A stretch of 46,149 bases of DNA, counting the filler, from Catajapyx aquilonaris (lineage: Eukaryota), in the NCBI GenBank assembly GCA_000934665.2. It is 2 parts of 2 records of this genome, joined end to end, with 100 filler letters (N's around TTAATTAATTAA, not from the genome) between each part and the next. Parts side by side here need not be neighbours in the genome. Positions count along the whole stretch, not along the records: positions 1 to 23,043 come from KZ539416.1; positions 23,144 to 46,149 come from JYFJ02005771.1. One strand, written 5' to 3'. Position 1 is the first letter of the stretch. Each line of letters begins with the position of its first letter. Below the pieces are notes generated by a model. It did no database searches and had not been told where the DNA came from. It worked only from the letters and a program-made list of their open reading frames with translations. The translations under genes were made by a program, and so were the position numbers. This document shows positions 12,730 through 25,093 of this stretch, piece after piece.

Positions 12730-12870
12730 AGCTTCCATATTATATATCAAAGCAGGTTGGATCACAATAGGAGAAATGGCAAGGAAAAGGAAGTATATCA
12801 TAGAGAGCAATCAGGGTTTATCCAGTTTTTGGCACAAGAATGAGTCGAGCCACAGGAAATGCCCAATATA

Positions 12871-13382
12871 CAAGGTGGTCATAAAATAAGGGGCATATGT
12901 TTGATGAGCAGTAAAGCAAAGAAAATTTTAATACGAGAAAGTGAAACTACAATAAAACTTGTATAAAGTCAGGAAAACATAATATCTATAAATTTTCCAC
13001 ATAATGATCAACTTGGGCACCATTCAAGTTGATGCAAGCTTGAAGTCTTGTTTTGACGAATGGCCTGCATGCTCCCCAGACCTTACGCCAGGCGACTTTT
13101 TCCTTTGGGGACATTTAAAGAATCAAGTGTACAAGCATACCAAATCATTAAAAAGTGACCCAACTTTCCAAGTTAATATTGAAGAGTTCAATTTCTTTGG
13201 TGATCAGCAGAAAGCCCTGCAAGAATGTCAAAATAAGATTTCAAGCTTGCATTGACTGGAATGGTGCCCAAGTTGATCATTATGTGGAAATAGGCAATAT
13301 GTTTTCCTGACACTATACATGTTTCCTTGTAGTTTCACTTGCTTGTATTAAATTCTTAATTGCTTTACTTCTTATCAAATAT

Positions 13383-13425
<43 letters not shown>

Positions 13426-14107
13426 CGACATTTCCCTGGGTAGTCAGCTATGACAGGAGCCACAAGCTAACCCAAAATATGAACTAAATTAAAACTTGTA
13501 AAAATAAACCTATAAACAACCCGTCCCGCTCCCCACCCCTGCCCATCTCAGACGACAAACACTCAATATTAAATTTAAATATTACACTATACAACGCGGT
13601 ACTTTGAGAAAACAAATGTCCCCCCCACCCCCACCCCCCTGGAAGAGGAACCAGCAAATGTTAAATTCCTCCAAGTGACTAGAATATTCTCCTCCAAATG
13701 ACCAGAACACCCACAGGCCAGCGAGAAGAACCAGCATACGGAAATCCACACCCGAACTCCAAGCGCTGTGCAGGACAGAGAGAGAGGCAGACACCCTTGC
13801 AAGCATGACTACCGGTATCAACCTATGCATTACTGTGCAAGAGATATCTGCCAACCTTGTAGTTCTGCACAGCACCCAGAGCCCGAGTATGAACTTCCAG
13901 ATGCCGACTCCTCCCACCAACCTGCAAACATTCTATAACCATTCGGAAAAATTCAATGGACACTGCCATTCCTCACAAACCCGTGAATATTCTACCCATT
14001 AATTAACCTACGCCATTTACACCTATCCAAACAAACAACCTTAGCCTCAGCCACCTCCATGGCCCATGGTCAAATATATGCCCCTTTATTATTCTGTGGC
14101 CACCCTG
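12871..14107. mobile_element. Tc1/mariner non-autonomous element with long TIRs
   Basis: TA|CAAGGTGGTC ... GCCACCCTG|TA with inverted arms of about 185 bp. The interior encodes WPACSPDLTPGDFFLWGHLKNQVY. The right arm is split by the insertion at 13385-14069. Confidence 0.85.
13385..14069 (-). mobile_element. 5'-truncated non-LTR retrotransposon copy with (GAT)n tail (RTE-like 3' end)
   Basis: TSD TCAAATATAT at 13375-13384 and 14070-14079. The minus-strand end reads ...ACTACCCAGGGAAATGTCGTGATGATGAT(n). The same tail occurs at 35442-35491. Confidence 0.7.
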
Positions 14108-15200
14108 TAGTTTGCAGGTGTACAGCAGTATGTCACATGTCACTGACAGCCATCAAGAGGGATGGGCCAGGAAAAGACTGCATGGGTTTTTTGGGGTTTT
14201 GAAGTAGAGTTGCCAAATGCAACAGGAACCCAGAATACTCCACATCCACGTTGAATATAAAAAAAATCCCCCACCTAGCTGGCTACTTTACTTACGTATC
14301 TTCACATGGTAAACATAGGGACTGGGGACATGGGGAAGGGAGCTGAAAAGTTGGAAAAACCCACCTAATCCCCACAGTCTCTTCTTGGTTCCCCTTTATC
14401 TCCTATCCCTGTTGGTATGGTGGTTGTTCCCAAACTGACCAGGTTGGAGGGAGTCTGTGTTTCACTTTATACCCGCTTGATACTGTCATTCTGATATCAA
14501 CCAAATTGTCTGTGGGTTGATCAGATCATAATTAAGCCATATAATTCATGTTTGTCACTTTATTTGCAATCATTTGCAGGCTTAGTTTTCTGCATAATTT
14601 TAATTTGACTAGACTTTGTATGTCACCAGTCACCACTTAAGGTGGACAAAAGAAGACAGATTAATCTACTTGGAAGATACAATAATTGAATCTAGTTTTT
14701 TTCACACAATCTTAATTAATGTGAAGGATGAATTCATTCTGGCATTACCCTTCTGGATAAAATAGAATTATAATAATTACTGGACATTGCTTATCAACAT
14801 GTTAGGAATTACAATTCAAAGGACAATTGGAAGAAAAAAAAGTCCATATCACCATCTTATAATGCCACTCTTCGACAATGACCAAACTGAGATATCTTGA
14901 GACAATTCTAAGTGTGGTTCCCCAAGTGGAGTTGCAATATTATGAATACCAAGTACTGGCATGTACACCTCAGAGATATTCCCATGCATGGCATGTCAAG
15001 GCATCTGCCAAGTTGATCAGGCTTTAGAGTTTTAGATAATAACTTGATTGGGTTGGGGTGAGTGGTGTGATTAAGATAAGATGGTGTCCACTCACTGTTT
15101 TTGGCTGAACTAAAAAGAACAGAAATTGTCAAAATCACCTCTACCATGGTTCTGTATGCCAGCACCTTTGTTAGTCTGGTATATGCTGTACAGTGTATAG

Positions 15201-15686
15201 CAGGGATATTCAACTGGCGGACCGCGACGCAATTTTGTCCGGACCGCGACAATATACAGGACAGTTTGAAATAGCATGATATATTACTAATTAGTATTTT
15301 TTGGGGGGAAAAAGTGCTACCAATATCATCAAATACCCACATCTCACCTAAGCTCGTGTGACCTAGAAGTCCCAAAAAATTTCGCCTGCGATGGGCTCAT
15401 CCCCCGCCCTTTACAGCTTGTTCACCTTGTGCTTACGAAATGGGCCCGCCTCCGAAATTCTTCTGCCTACGCCCCTGTACAGGACATCATAAAGGGCGAA
15501 AATGTCTTAATATGCCCTGTCTTGATAGGCCCTTCTACCCTTGCTGCACATGTTTCTGTTTTCGAATATGAACCCTGTGGTATCATATAAAATCTATATA
15601 TCCCCCCCCCCCCCCCNGGTCCGGACCTTCAATGGCCCAGGAAAGGTAAATACTGGACCTTGTCAGAAACTTGTTGAATACCCCTG
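15201..15686. mobile_element. hAT-type MITE
   Basis: 8-bp TSD GTGTATAG (15193-15200, 15687-15694). TIRs CAGGGATATTCAAC / GTTGAATACCCCTG. Confidence 0.85.
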
Positions 15687-16467
15687 GTGTATAGTATATG
15701 TATTAAATTTAATTGCTATCATGTATTATAGATGGCTGGGGCATACCTAAAGAATGTAGTGTACAGTGTGATATTTATTAGGCTGTATATTATTTGGATG
15801 TATGCATGTGCCTGCAAGCTGTCATTGTTGATATTGTTGACAGTTTGTGTATGCTGAGAAGTCCTTGTATGCTCATACTGTACCAACTGTATGGCTGGTA
15901 TACACATTTGTTGTCACAGAAATGGGAGTGAGTGTGGAACACCACTGTTCACTTGGTTCCCAGGTGTATTCCTGTCTGTCAAAAGGTTTGTGGCTAATCT
16001 ATTTACAAGCTGGGGTTCCGAGTGGTGGGGCTGTGTGTAAGATATGATGATAACTGTAGGCGTTACATAATAAATTATGCCACTGTCAATGTTTTTTTTT
16101 CTGAATTTATTCCACTCTGTAGATCAGGAATTTATTGCTTAGTGAGAGAATTGAAGGAAACTAAGGCTATCTTATATTATAAGCTAGCAGCGGAGCCCAT
16201 TCTTCACATGGCCTATTTCCATGGTAATCACCAACAAAATCCCGTTTCCATGGGCAAACCCCAAAAAAACCAATAAACTTTGCCTTAGATATGTCGATTT
16301 TGAAAAAAAATATGTATATATTTATTTATAGCAGCAAACCTATGTGTAGTGTTGGGTACATAGTCTCTGTTGAACTTGGTGTTGGTCAATGTACACAGCT
16401 AAGTGATTGAAAGAGGAGGGATAATTATCAAATATCCTTATGGGGAGCCTTTGGAGCCTGTTCATAA

Positions 16468-16918
<451 letters not shown>

Positions 16919-17485
16919 GCCTGTTCATAAGTACAGATCACAGTAAATCATACTGCAATAAGCCAATAGGCCATCATTAAAACCAGGCTACCTATTTCAT
17001 AACAAAATTTCCAGGAAACGCGAATTTCTGATTTTGCGCTTTTATATGGCCCAGGGAAAAATTAACATGTTCATTATAAGCTTTGGCATGTCTCCTATCA
17101 CATATTCAGAGCACGGAAATCATGATCCATAAACAAAATCACAATGATCAATAATTGAAAATCAATGATAGCCTCGTTGTGAAACTGCCAAGAAAGATTT
17201 CCTATACTTTGTTCGAGCCAGGTTGATAATGCAGGTCAATACTAAAAGCTCTACAAAACGCAAATTTTAATAGCATAAGTGACGCATAATGAAAGTCGTT
17301 ATGAGAGCAATGAACACTCTGGGTCAGACACTCTGGGTGATTTTGTATTCCATCAACAAGATTATGCTATTCCATCATGATTGGCTCCAATAGTTGGTTG
17401 GCTAGTTGATTGGGGAAGCCAAGGCAATTAAGGCTGTCTGGCATAGGGAAGGGTGAGAGTGGAAGAGAGGATTTCCGGAATGTGA

Positions 17486-17940
17486 GAGGAAACAGGAGAA
17501 CCCTGGAAAGACCAGGCTGACACGGGGAGAACCTCTTGAAACTCTATAGACCAGGGGTGGGCAACTTTTTTCTCCGTGGGCCGCCTAGAGATTTTTAAAA
17601 AATTGACGGGCCATATCTAACAGAAGAAATTTCAACTTATTAAAAAGTTTACAATTGTTTTAAATGAACTTCCATTAATTGCATAAATTATCATTAAATT
17701 CTCTGAAAGTCGATAAAATAAATTTTTAAAAACAATGATTCAAATTTGTGAATTAAAAAGAATTAAAAAGAAAGGCACAGGCTTAAATTTTTGCAATTTT
17801 AATTTTTCAACAATTTCAGGAATACAATTTAATTGTCTTCGCAGGCCGTAGTTTGCCCACCCCTGCTATAGACTATGGGATTGAGCTTGGGACCTCAGAG
17901 GTGGAAGGCAGTGACATTAGCCACTACACCACCGTACTGT
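17486..17940 (-). mobile_element. Old V-domain-like tRNA SINE interrupted by a hAT MITE
   Basis: Collinear with 21213-21506 (GAGGAAAC.GGAGAACCCTG.. and GGGACCT.AGAGGTGGAAGGC...CCACCGT) on both sides of the 17552-17865 insertion. Confidence 0.65.
17552..17865. mobile_element. hAT-type MITE
   Basis: 8-bp TSD CTATAGAC (17544-17551, 17866-17873). TIRs CAGGGGTGGGCAA / TTGCCCACCCCTG. Confidence 0.9.
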
Positions 17941-18467
17941 CCTAGGGGCTCCAATGAGTTCATTGAAAAATCAGTGATGTCTGTGTTCCTCACCATTGAA
18001 CATCTTTATCTTGTTGAGCACAATAGTATACATACATGTGTAGCGTATGTGAACAAGAATATAAGTGACATTTCAGTTTCCTTTTACGTCTTTATTTCCA
18101 CTCTTTATGATGGTAAGTCAGTTTTTCTATAGAAACCTTTTTCACTTCCATTGTTGTTGCACGTTAGGCAAGTTAGGAGGTTCAGCATATGTCCACTGGA
18201 TCGGAGAGCTCATCCTTGCTGTCAACAAAACAAAAATAACAATTATACCACTACTGCACAAAGAAACAAAAGATTTATTTGCATTAGAAACATTTTGTGT
18301 GACAAAAATGACACTTATTCAGTTCTTCAAACACTCCTGTATACCTACTACAAGTTTACCCTTCATTCCAAACTTGCCCTTCACACTATGAACTTGATAT
18401 GCTAAAAATGAGTGATGAAAGCACAAGGTTTTGTAGGTGCAACTCAATACTCAACAACACAATCATG

Positions 18468-19587
18468 TCACCTTGAATTCTGTACATCCCTCATGTGATC
18501 ATATTGTGCATCTCGCTTGTACCTGGGAACATATCGAAGCCCATGATCACCTTCTGATGAGTAACTGCTAAGGAAAGGAAATTGCAGAAGCTCATTCTTG
18601 ACATGCTTCAGCACATAAATCCAGCACTCTTCAGCAGAGTCTATCTTCGTCATGTCTGCATCCAAAAGTTCAATAGGTTCTATTCTCCTATCATACAACT
18701 TGGGGTAATCTTCTAAGATGTCCAGTTGAGACAGCATCTTTTGGTCCACTTCGTATATCTCACCTATGATATTCTGAAAAACAATATGATGTTCTTAGCA
18801 GCAAATTAGTATTATACCTCATCAACCAATAGGTTGCAGTGGAAGTTATAGCCCTTTTCTTCATGCTTCCTCCACATTGTGATTGGCTTGGTAAATGTCA
18901 CACTTCAAACACCATACATGCCAGCTTGGCAGGAGAAAAGAGGTGGAGGAAGATTGATTTAATCCTACTTTTGGATATGAATGCCACTTAAAATACTGGA
19001 ATCAGGGATGGAAAAAGAACCGCTTCTTTGGGCGGTAAGCGGTTCTTTTTCTATCCCTGCACATGGAAAAAAGAAGCGCTTCTTGGAAGGAAGCGGTACT
19101 TTTTCCATCCCTGACTGGAATCAATAACACAGCGCAACAAAAAAAAAAAAATTCGGTGTGTTACTCGGAAACCACTATGTACTATATCGCTCAAAAAGAT
19201 AGAGACGATTGGCATTTGATTCAAGTGCAAGTTGCACTTGAGTCAAATGCAAAATCGTCTCTATCTTTATGGGCGATATAGTACATCATGTTAGTAGGAC
19301 CCAAAGTAGCTGGGAAAAAAACTTTAGCAGTAGAGATATTGACTGACTCAAAATGGGTGGCAGTTGCATACTCACATGGCCTCTTCCAGGAAAATCAAGT
19401 AAGAAAGGAATGTTGTATTTGGAGGCTATAACAAGTGGGAATTTCTGCATTGTTCTGCCCTTGCCAATTATCTTGGAGGTGCCATTTTCTGGATTGGTAA
19501 GCCAGTGGTGGTTGGGCTCTGCTGTTTTCAGTGTTCCATACACAAACACTCGTGAGACACTTGTCAGAGTCTTCCCTAGTTGGCTGC
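18468..19587 (-). CDS. GGACT: Gamma-glutamylaminecyclotransferase-like (GGACT/AIG2-like family) protein; start exon unresolved
   Basis: Exon 19587-19376 encodes VFVYGTLK...NHHWL...FPLVIASKYNIPFLL.FPG.GH. Exon 18773-18468 encodes NIIGEIYEVD...LDILEDYP..Y.R...CWIY. They are joined by a GT-AG phase-0 intron. The 19587 acceptor needs a phase-1 upstream exon. Confidence 0.85.
19003..19113. mobile_element. Tiny intronic MITE with 8-bp TSD (hAT/P-like)
   Basis: TSD ACTGGAAT (18995-19002, 19114-19121). TIRs CAGGGATGGAAAAAG / CTTTTTCCATCCCTG, with an internal double hairpin. Confidence 0.85.
19177..19286. repeat. Near-perfect 110-bp palindrome (probable MITE) in the GGACT-like intron
   Basis: ATGTACTATATCGC...AAGTGCAA G TTGCACTT...GCGATATAGTACAT is self-complementary over its whole length. 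Confidence 0.85.
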
Positions 19588-19735
19588 CTGGAAAAAAACA
19601 ACTGTTACACAATGACACGTACTCTCGTAATGTGATCCTGATAAAACGTTATACAGCATGAAGGGATTCCTGCGCCCAATCGCCAGGTAGACTGATAGTA
19701 CTTGGAAAACTAATATAGGGATGTGCAATTAGTTG

Positions 19736-19813
19736 GGTGCTCTCATGCTATACCGGCAGGGTACTGTACACACTACTTTGTACAGTACCATACCGGTATA
19801 GCATGAGAGCACC
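19736..19813. repeat. 78-bp palindrome upstream of the GGACT-like coding exons
   Basis: GGTGCTCTCATGCTATACCGG...GGTACTGTACA / TGTACAGTACC...CCGGTATAGCATGAGAGCACC. Confidence 0.85.
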
Positions 19814-21212
19814 TTTTGCAGTGCAACCCGCAAGGCTAAAAAGCCGTTCAACCAAGTTCAACCCACTGCACGCCTACCAGTCCGCGTCAGTCAATTCGAA
19901 CAGAAAGGATGTGACGTCATGCCGTAATAAAATAATTGATTACTCCCGTATTTCTAATTGTTTTATAAAACCGACCGGTGTTGTTGCCACCTATGATTTT
20001 TCCCCACCCCCTCGCGCATGCTTGACCTGTGACTCTGAAACACCCTGTATATGAGTAGAAAAAGGTGCGTGGCATTCCATTGGTCAGACAGCTTTTGGAG
20101 GCGGATTCGTAGAAACAGTTACAGGCTGCAGACGGTCTAAAGCAGCAGTTTTCAAACTGTGGGGCGCGTCCCCCTGGGGGTGGCAGGGGTAGCACGGCGT
20201 GAATCCAGAAATTATGTGACTCGAAACAGGGCAAAAGTCCCACTGATTAGGTAAGAACTACTTCTCAGGGCTTACTGCAGAGTACAGTTCTACACAATTC
20301 GTGCAGTTCTAAAAGCCAAATGTGCAGTTCTGAATAAGGATTTGTGCAGTCAGATAATAGCAGACAAGTCTGTTATATCCTGATTCAATTCTGCGCTTGG
20401 GCATTGGCACTGCTGGAAATATGAAGGGGCCGATCTTTCTACTTGCTTATATCCGATGTTCTTACAGTATAGGAGGATCCGCCACTTTGGATGAGTAGGT
20501 TTGAGAAAAAAAGTAGGTTACAAAGCCACGGCCATCTCCTTCAAGATGAGTAGGTACTTACTGGTACTCGTGGAAAAAAATGTTTTCTATGCACCCACCC
20601 TACTGCGCGGTTCAGGTGTTCCCACATTAGAGGCTATAAATTAAATTTTAACATTTTAACATTTTTCTACTTTCTATGTTTCAATTTATCGTCATTGACC
20701 TGAAATATCTATTTTTCTAAGCTAAATATTGGTTTGACACATTTTTATAGCAGCGCGCCTAGTATGTAGGCAACCAGACAGAAATTCTCGATTTGTGTCG
20801 AAACTGTACGTGTGATAGAAGTTTTTGCGTATTTTTCCCGAAATCAGCATCAAAAAATACATAAGAAACACCTCTCACTTTCAAGAAAAAAATTTCATCG
20901 CAGACCTGTGTAATTCGTGGTTCCATATCATTTCAGAATGCAACTGTACGCAATCTTTAATAAAAGAACTGAACTGGCACCCCTCTCCCAAATATCAATT
21001 TTTACAGTACATAGCAACAGCCCCAACACACGAGATAGTAAACATAAACCAAAAACTCATCAAATATAATCAGTACATGAACTTGTTAGACTGAGCAAGG
21101 AGTGCACATTGTATTATACAAATAGTACCCAAATGAAAAGAAATAGCTAATAATTCCCAACACTAATAGAAACACGCATTGTTACGTCACATACTGTTTA
21201 AATAATAATACA

Positions 21213-21506
21213 ATAATAATGGATACCCCGTGATAGGCCCCTTGGGCCTCTTAGGGGATCATATTTTGAATAACCAACTTTAATCATTTGCCTGTAATGT
21301 GATGGATTTTGATAGTGGGAGGAAACGGGAGAACCCTGAGAAAACCCACGCGAACACGGAGAGAACCCTGAGAAAACCCACGCGAACACGGAGAGAATCC
21401 ATCGAAACTCGATCCACATAAGTATCCTCCGTCCGACCCGGGGATCGAACTCGGGACCTTAGAGGTGGAAGGCTGCGGCGCTAACCACTCAGCCACCGTG
21501 TCACCC
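21213..21506 (-). mobile_element. tRNA-derived SINE with V-domain-like core (family D)
   Basis: Head GGGTGACACGGTGGCTGAGTGGTTAGCG...GAGTTCGATCCC. The core TTCTCCGTGTTCGCGTGGGTTTTCTCAGGGTTCTCCCGTTTCCTCCCAC resembles the V-SINE domain as recalled. TSD TTAAATAA(T/A)AATACA at 21198-21212 and 21507-21521. Confidence 0.8.
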
Positions 21507-23043
21507 TTAAATAAAAATACACAAAGCATGTGTCTCCCCCCCTTAAATTAAGAAGGGTGGAATTTTGTATGATGAATATTGGTTTGTATAAACTGTAAAT
21601 AAATGAACATTGAAATTGAAATCGAATGACGGCTGTGCGTCGTGTCTTGATGTCTGTCTAAATCAGCTCCTTCACCGTACCTCCAGTGGCATCCACTGGA
21701 CCTTTACCTTGACAGGTAGCAACAATTAAAATACCACCGGACCTTTTAGTAGATTCTACGTCTATGGAATATGACGTACAGTAACTTGATTATTTATTTG
21801 TTCTTAAATTGGGATGCTGCCCCATCACTAAACCCATTCATTCACTCAAACCTCCTATGCCCACTTCTTTGCACATCATCCAGGGTTTCTGACAGGAACG
21901 TGTACACAGAACACTTGTTCTGCTGCATATGATCAAAAGTGATGATATACCGCTACTGTTTCGTTTTGGATGAAGGCAGCTATCGAGTAAGTTCCGTTAC
22001 GAACAATATCACCCATAACAACTTACGTTTGTAACGCACATTAGACCATTAATCGACATTTATTTCGGCATTTATGTGTCATCTTCGCCTTTCCCTTGAT
22101 GTCCCCAAATTGGATACAAAGAATAGTGGCGATTAAAAAACTGCCCTCCATGTGGCAGGAACTTTGTCGTGTTCGCGTTACGGATGTTATACTAGGGAGG
22201 GGTGACTGATTATATTGGTCCATATAACTCAGGATGTAATTAAACTTGTTTATCCGCATATGCATGTGCTCAGCGATGATTGTATGTAACTATTCTGCAC
22301 TGTTATTTCTTAGCATGACACATGTGCAAATCATCACAATCATTTTGTGTGCTTCCTCAGGAAGCTTGTGTACCCATGCAAAATCAGTCACATGTGTATG
22401 TTGTCTCCACACATACAGCTACACACATGTACAAAACAAGTGTGTCTGTGTACTGAAGTTAAATATGGGCTATGCTCTTTCAATGTAGAGAGAATATTTT
22501 CCCCTGCGATATTTTTTTTTTTCATGTTGACATTTTCTTGGAATTGCTCGTAAGCAATTGAGTTTTCTAATTGCAGCAATCTGGTGTGGTAGTAACAAAT
22601 TGCCTCTTGTAAGCATATGAGTATCAGTATCAAACATTACGGCACCCTTGAAAATATTGGCATGTTTCTGGCACACGTTAAAAGAGAGAAAAAAACCAAT
22701 TACTAGTCATGTTTTGTCGTCCTTCCAACTTCAGCAGTGAAAACTTCCTAATGAGCAGACAGTTCAGTTATAGTGCACCATGGAGGTCATGTAAGGTTAC
22801 GTCAGACTGCATGCAGTTACCTTACAATTGTGGTAACTGAACAGTATGATGAACGCAAACAGTTCAGTTTCGTAAGTCGTGGTCACGTGGAAGTCACTAT
22901 GCCTACTACCTGGATCAGGGTCCCCTACATGGTTGCCTCCCCCACCCTAACCAGGGTTTTTTTTTTGTTTTTTTTTTTGTTTTTTGGCCTGTACCCCATT
23001 ATCGGACCTTGGGCCCTTATTAGGGGAGTGGTATACAACTATT

Positions 23044-23143
23044 NNNNNNNNNNNNNNNNNNNNNNNNNNNNNNNNNNNNNNNNNNNNTTAATTAATTAAN
23101 NNNNNNNNNNNNNNNNNNNNNNNNNNNNNNNNNNNNNNNNNNN
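23044..23143. other. Assembly gap with artificial six-frame-stop linker
   Basis: 44 N + TTAATTAATTAA (23088-23099) + 44 N, exactly 100 bp. Confidence 0.9.
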
Positions 23144-25093
23144 TTTGATGCAACAGAGTGATGGAATGTATGTTTACAGGCCTGGGCTAGCTAGTTATGA
23201 ACAAAAATCCCAAATCCCAGACCAAGGCTACTTCCCCATTTTCAGTGGTTCCACCCCAATATTCAGGACTCGATCTCCCTAATTGAAATGCATCCCATGC
23301 ACGTACATTAAACCTGTGCCAATTTTTCACATTTCGTGCAACCATTTTAAAATTATCAGCTGGATATTATCAGGAATTTTGAAATGTAAACTAAATTACA
23401 CTAGAGTAAAAATTCAGAAAAATAGGTACACAATATTAAGTGCTGGAGTGATCAGACGTGATTCTGCTTTTTGCTACTTTTGGCTTTGGTTGAGGTGATT
23501 ATTTCAAAACTGTTGAAAATTTATTTACATTGTATGAATTGCACCAGAATGATAACAATTACAGTAGCACATCTCAAGTGACATTCTCCCATTTAAAAAG
23601 CATGTGAAATAGTCCGAAATAATACTGCGCTGATAGTACATCATCCCAAGGATGCCATGTATAAACCCAAGTTGCAATGTAGCATTTCACAATAATTTGG
23701 GTCACCTCAGGAAACTCCAAAAATAGCACACAATATATACCAGTAGCGATTGTGTAATATCATTTCAGTGTCAGTAATTAGCAAGTGAAAGACCAGCAAG
23801 CCTCAGTCCACCTCATTCCTAAAAAACTGACAAAAGGCTACAGAAGAAACAGTTACAGTAAAACAATAGCACCTAATCCTTGGAAAACATAATGGTCCAG
23901 TTGTCAGTTATGACAGCCGTCAGCTGGTCCAGAAATAAAAACCGCAAGATAACAAGTTGGAAGGAAGAATTAATTAATCTTCAACTTGCCAGCACCTGGC
24001 GAGGCAAAAGTTCTTACGAACACAGTAGCCTTCACAGTTCCTTTTAACTATGGCATCACATCCTGCCTCCCAAGAAGTTCCATGCCGTATTTATAAGTGT
24101 TAATCTACAGAGTACCTCATGCAATGTTAGCATTGTGAAAAGTACCTCATTAGAAATGGCCAGTGTCATAAAAAAGTACAGTTAATGGCCCACTTCTCCT
24201 TGGGTAAGGTAAAGGTTCCATTAAATCCTTCCGTTGGGAACTCTCATTGGAAATCCATGGTTCGATAAACGCAATAACACAAAATTGAGCACAGGCATTG
24301 GAAACTTATACATTCGTGTGGTAATGTACAAAGTTTGAGATAACAAAAGTTTATCTTTTGCCCACAAAAAGCTTCACCCTTCCTAATGAAAAAAAGTATG
24401 TAAACTTTAATAAAATATTGATCGACATGGATGGCATCGTGTGTTACTGTTTTATTAAAATACTTTATGGCTTGCATCACACTCAATATTAACTAGTTCC
24501 ACTAGTTTTTCTATGCAATGTGCTGTGAATTCCAATCACATTACATACAGCGTATAATAATTGAACTGCTGACTCCAGGCTGAGACCTACACACACAAGT
24601 GTAAATAGTCTAATAATATCCCTTTCTAATCAAACTATGAAATTTGTAGTAATTATCAGTGTTATTCAGGGCACAACCAGTTCCTAAATCAGAGCACTAC
24701 TTCACCCTCATCAACATCGAAGTACTCTATCACTTGATAAGACTATTAATGTACAATCTCAAGCTGCAAGCATACCATCCATTTTTTTCCTGCACTGTGC
24801 ATATCTAGGCTTTAAAAAGTCATGTGCGATAAAAAAAAACCACATCCTAATCAGTTTATCACCTCATATTATGAAGAAACCCCAACAGCTTAAAGCCTTC
24901 TCTTCACTTGTAAATAAAAACGACCGATTAGAATATGGAGTGCAGCTGTTGGGCTGTATTGGATCCGCTTGGAAGCTATAAATAATCGTTGCATAACTAG
25001 GAAGGGTTGGGAAGGGTCATTGATGCGATGGCAAAACATGTGTCTGTTTATGGTGCGATGGAATAATTTGTTACGTTGTCTTGTATCTGTTAC

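Noticed and set aside
20143..20240. hAT/Charlie-like left end (CAGCAGTTTTCAAACTGTGGGGCGCG)
   Set aside because: No matching right TIR or TSD found, so boundaries are unsupported.
24650..24715. Possible C/D snoRNA (TTGATGA...CTGA on the minus strand)
   Set aside because: Short, imperfect C box, no terminal stem or recognisable rRNA guide.
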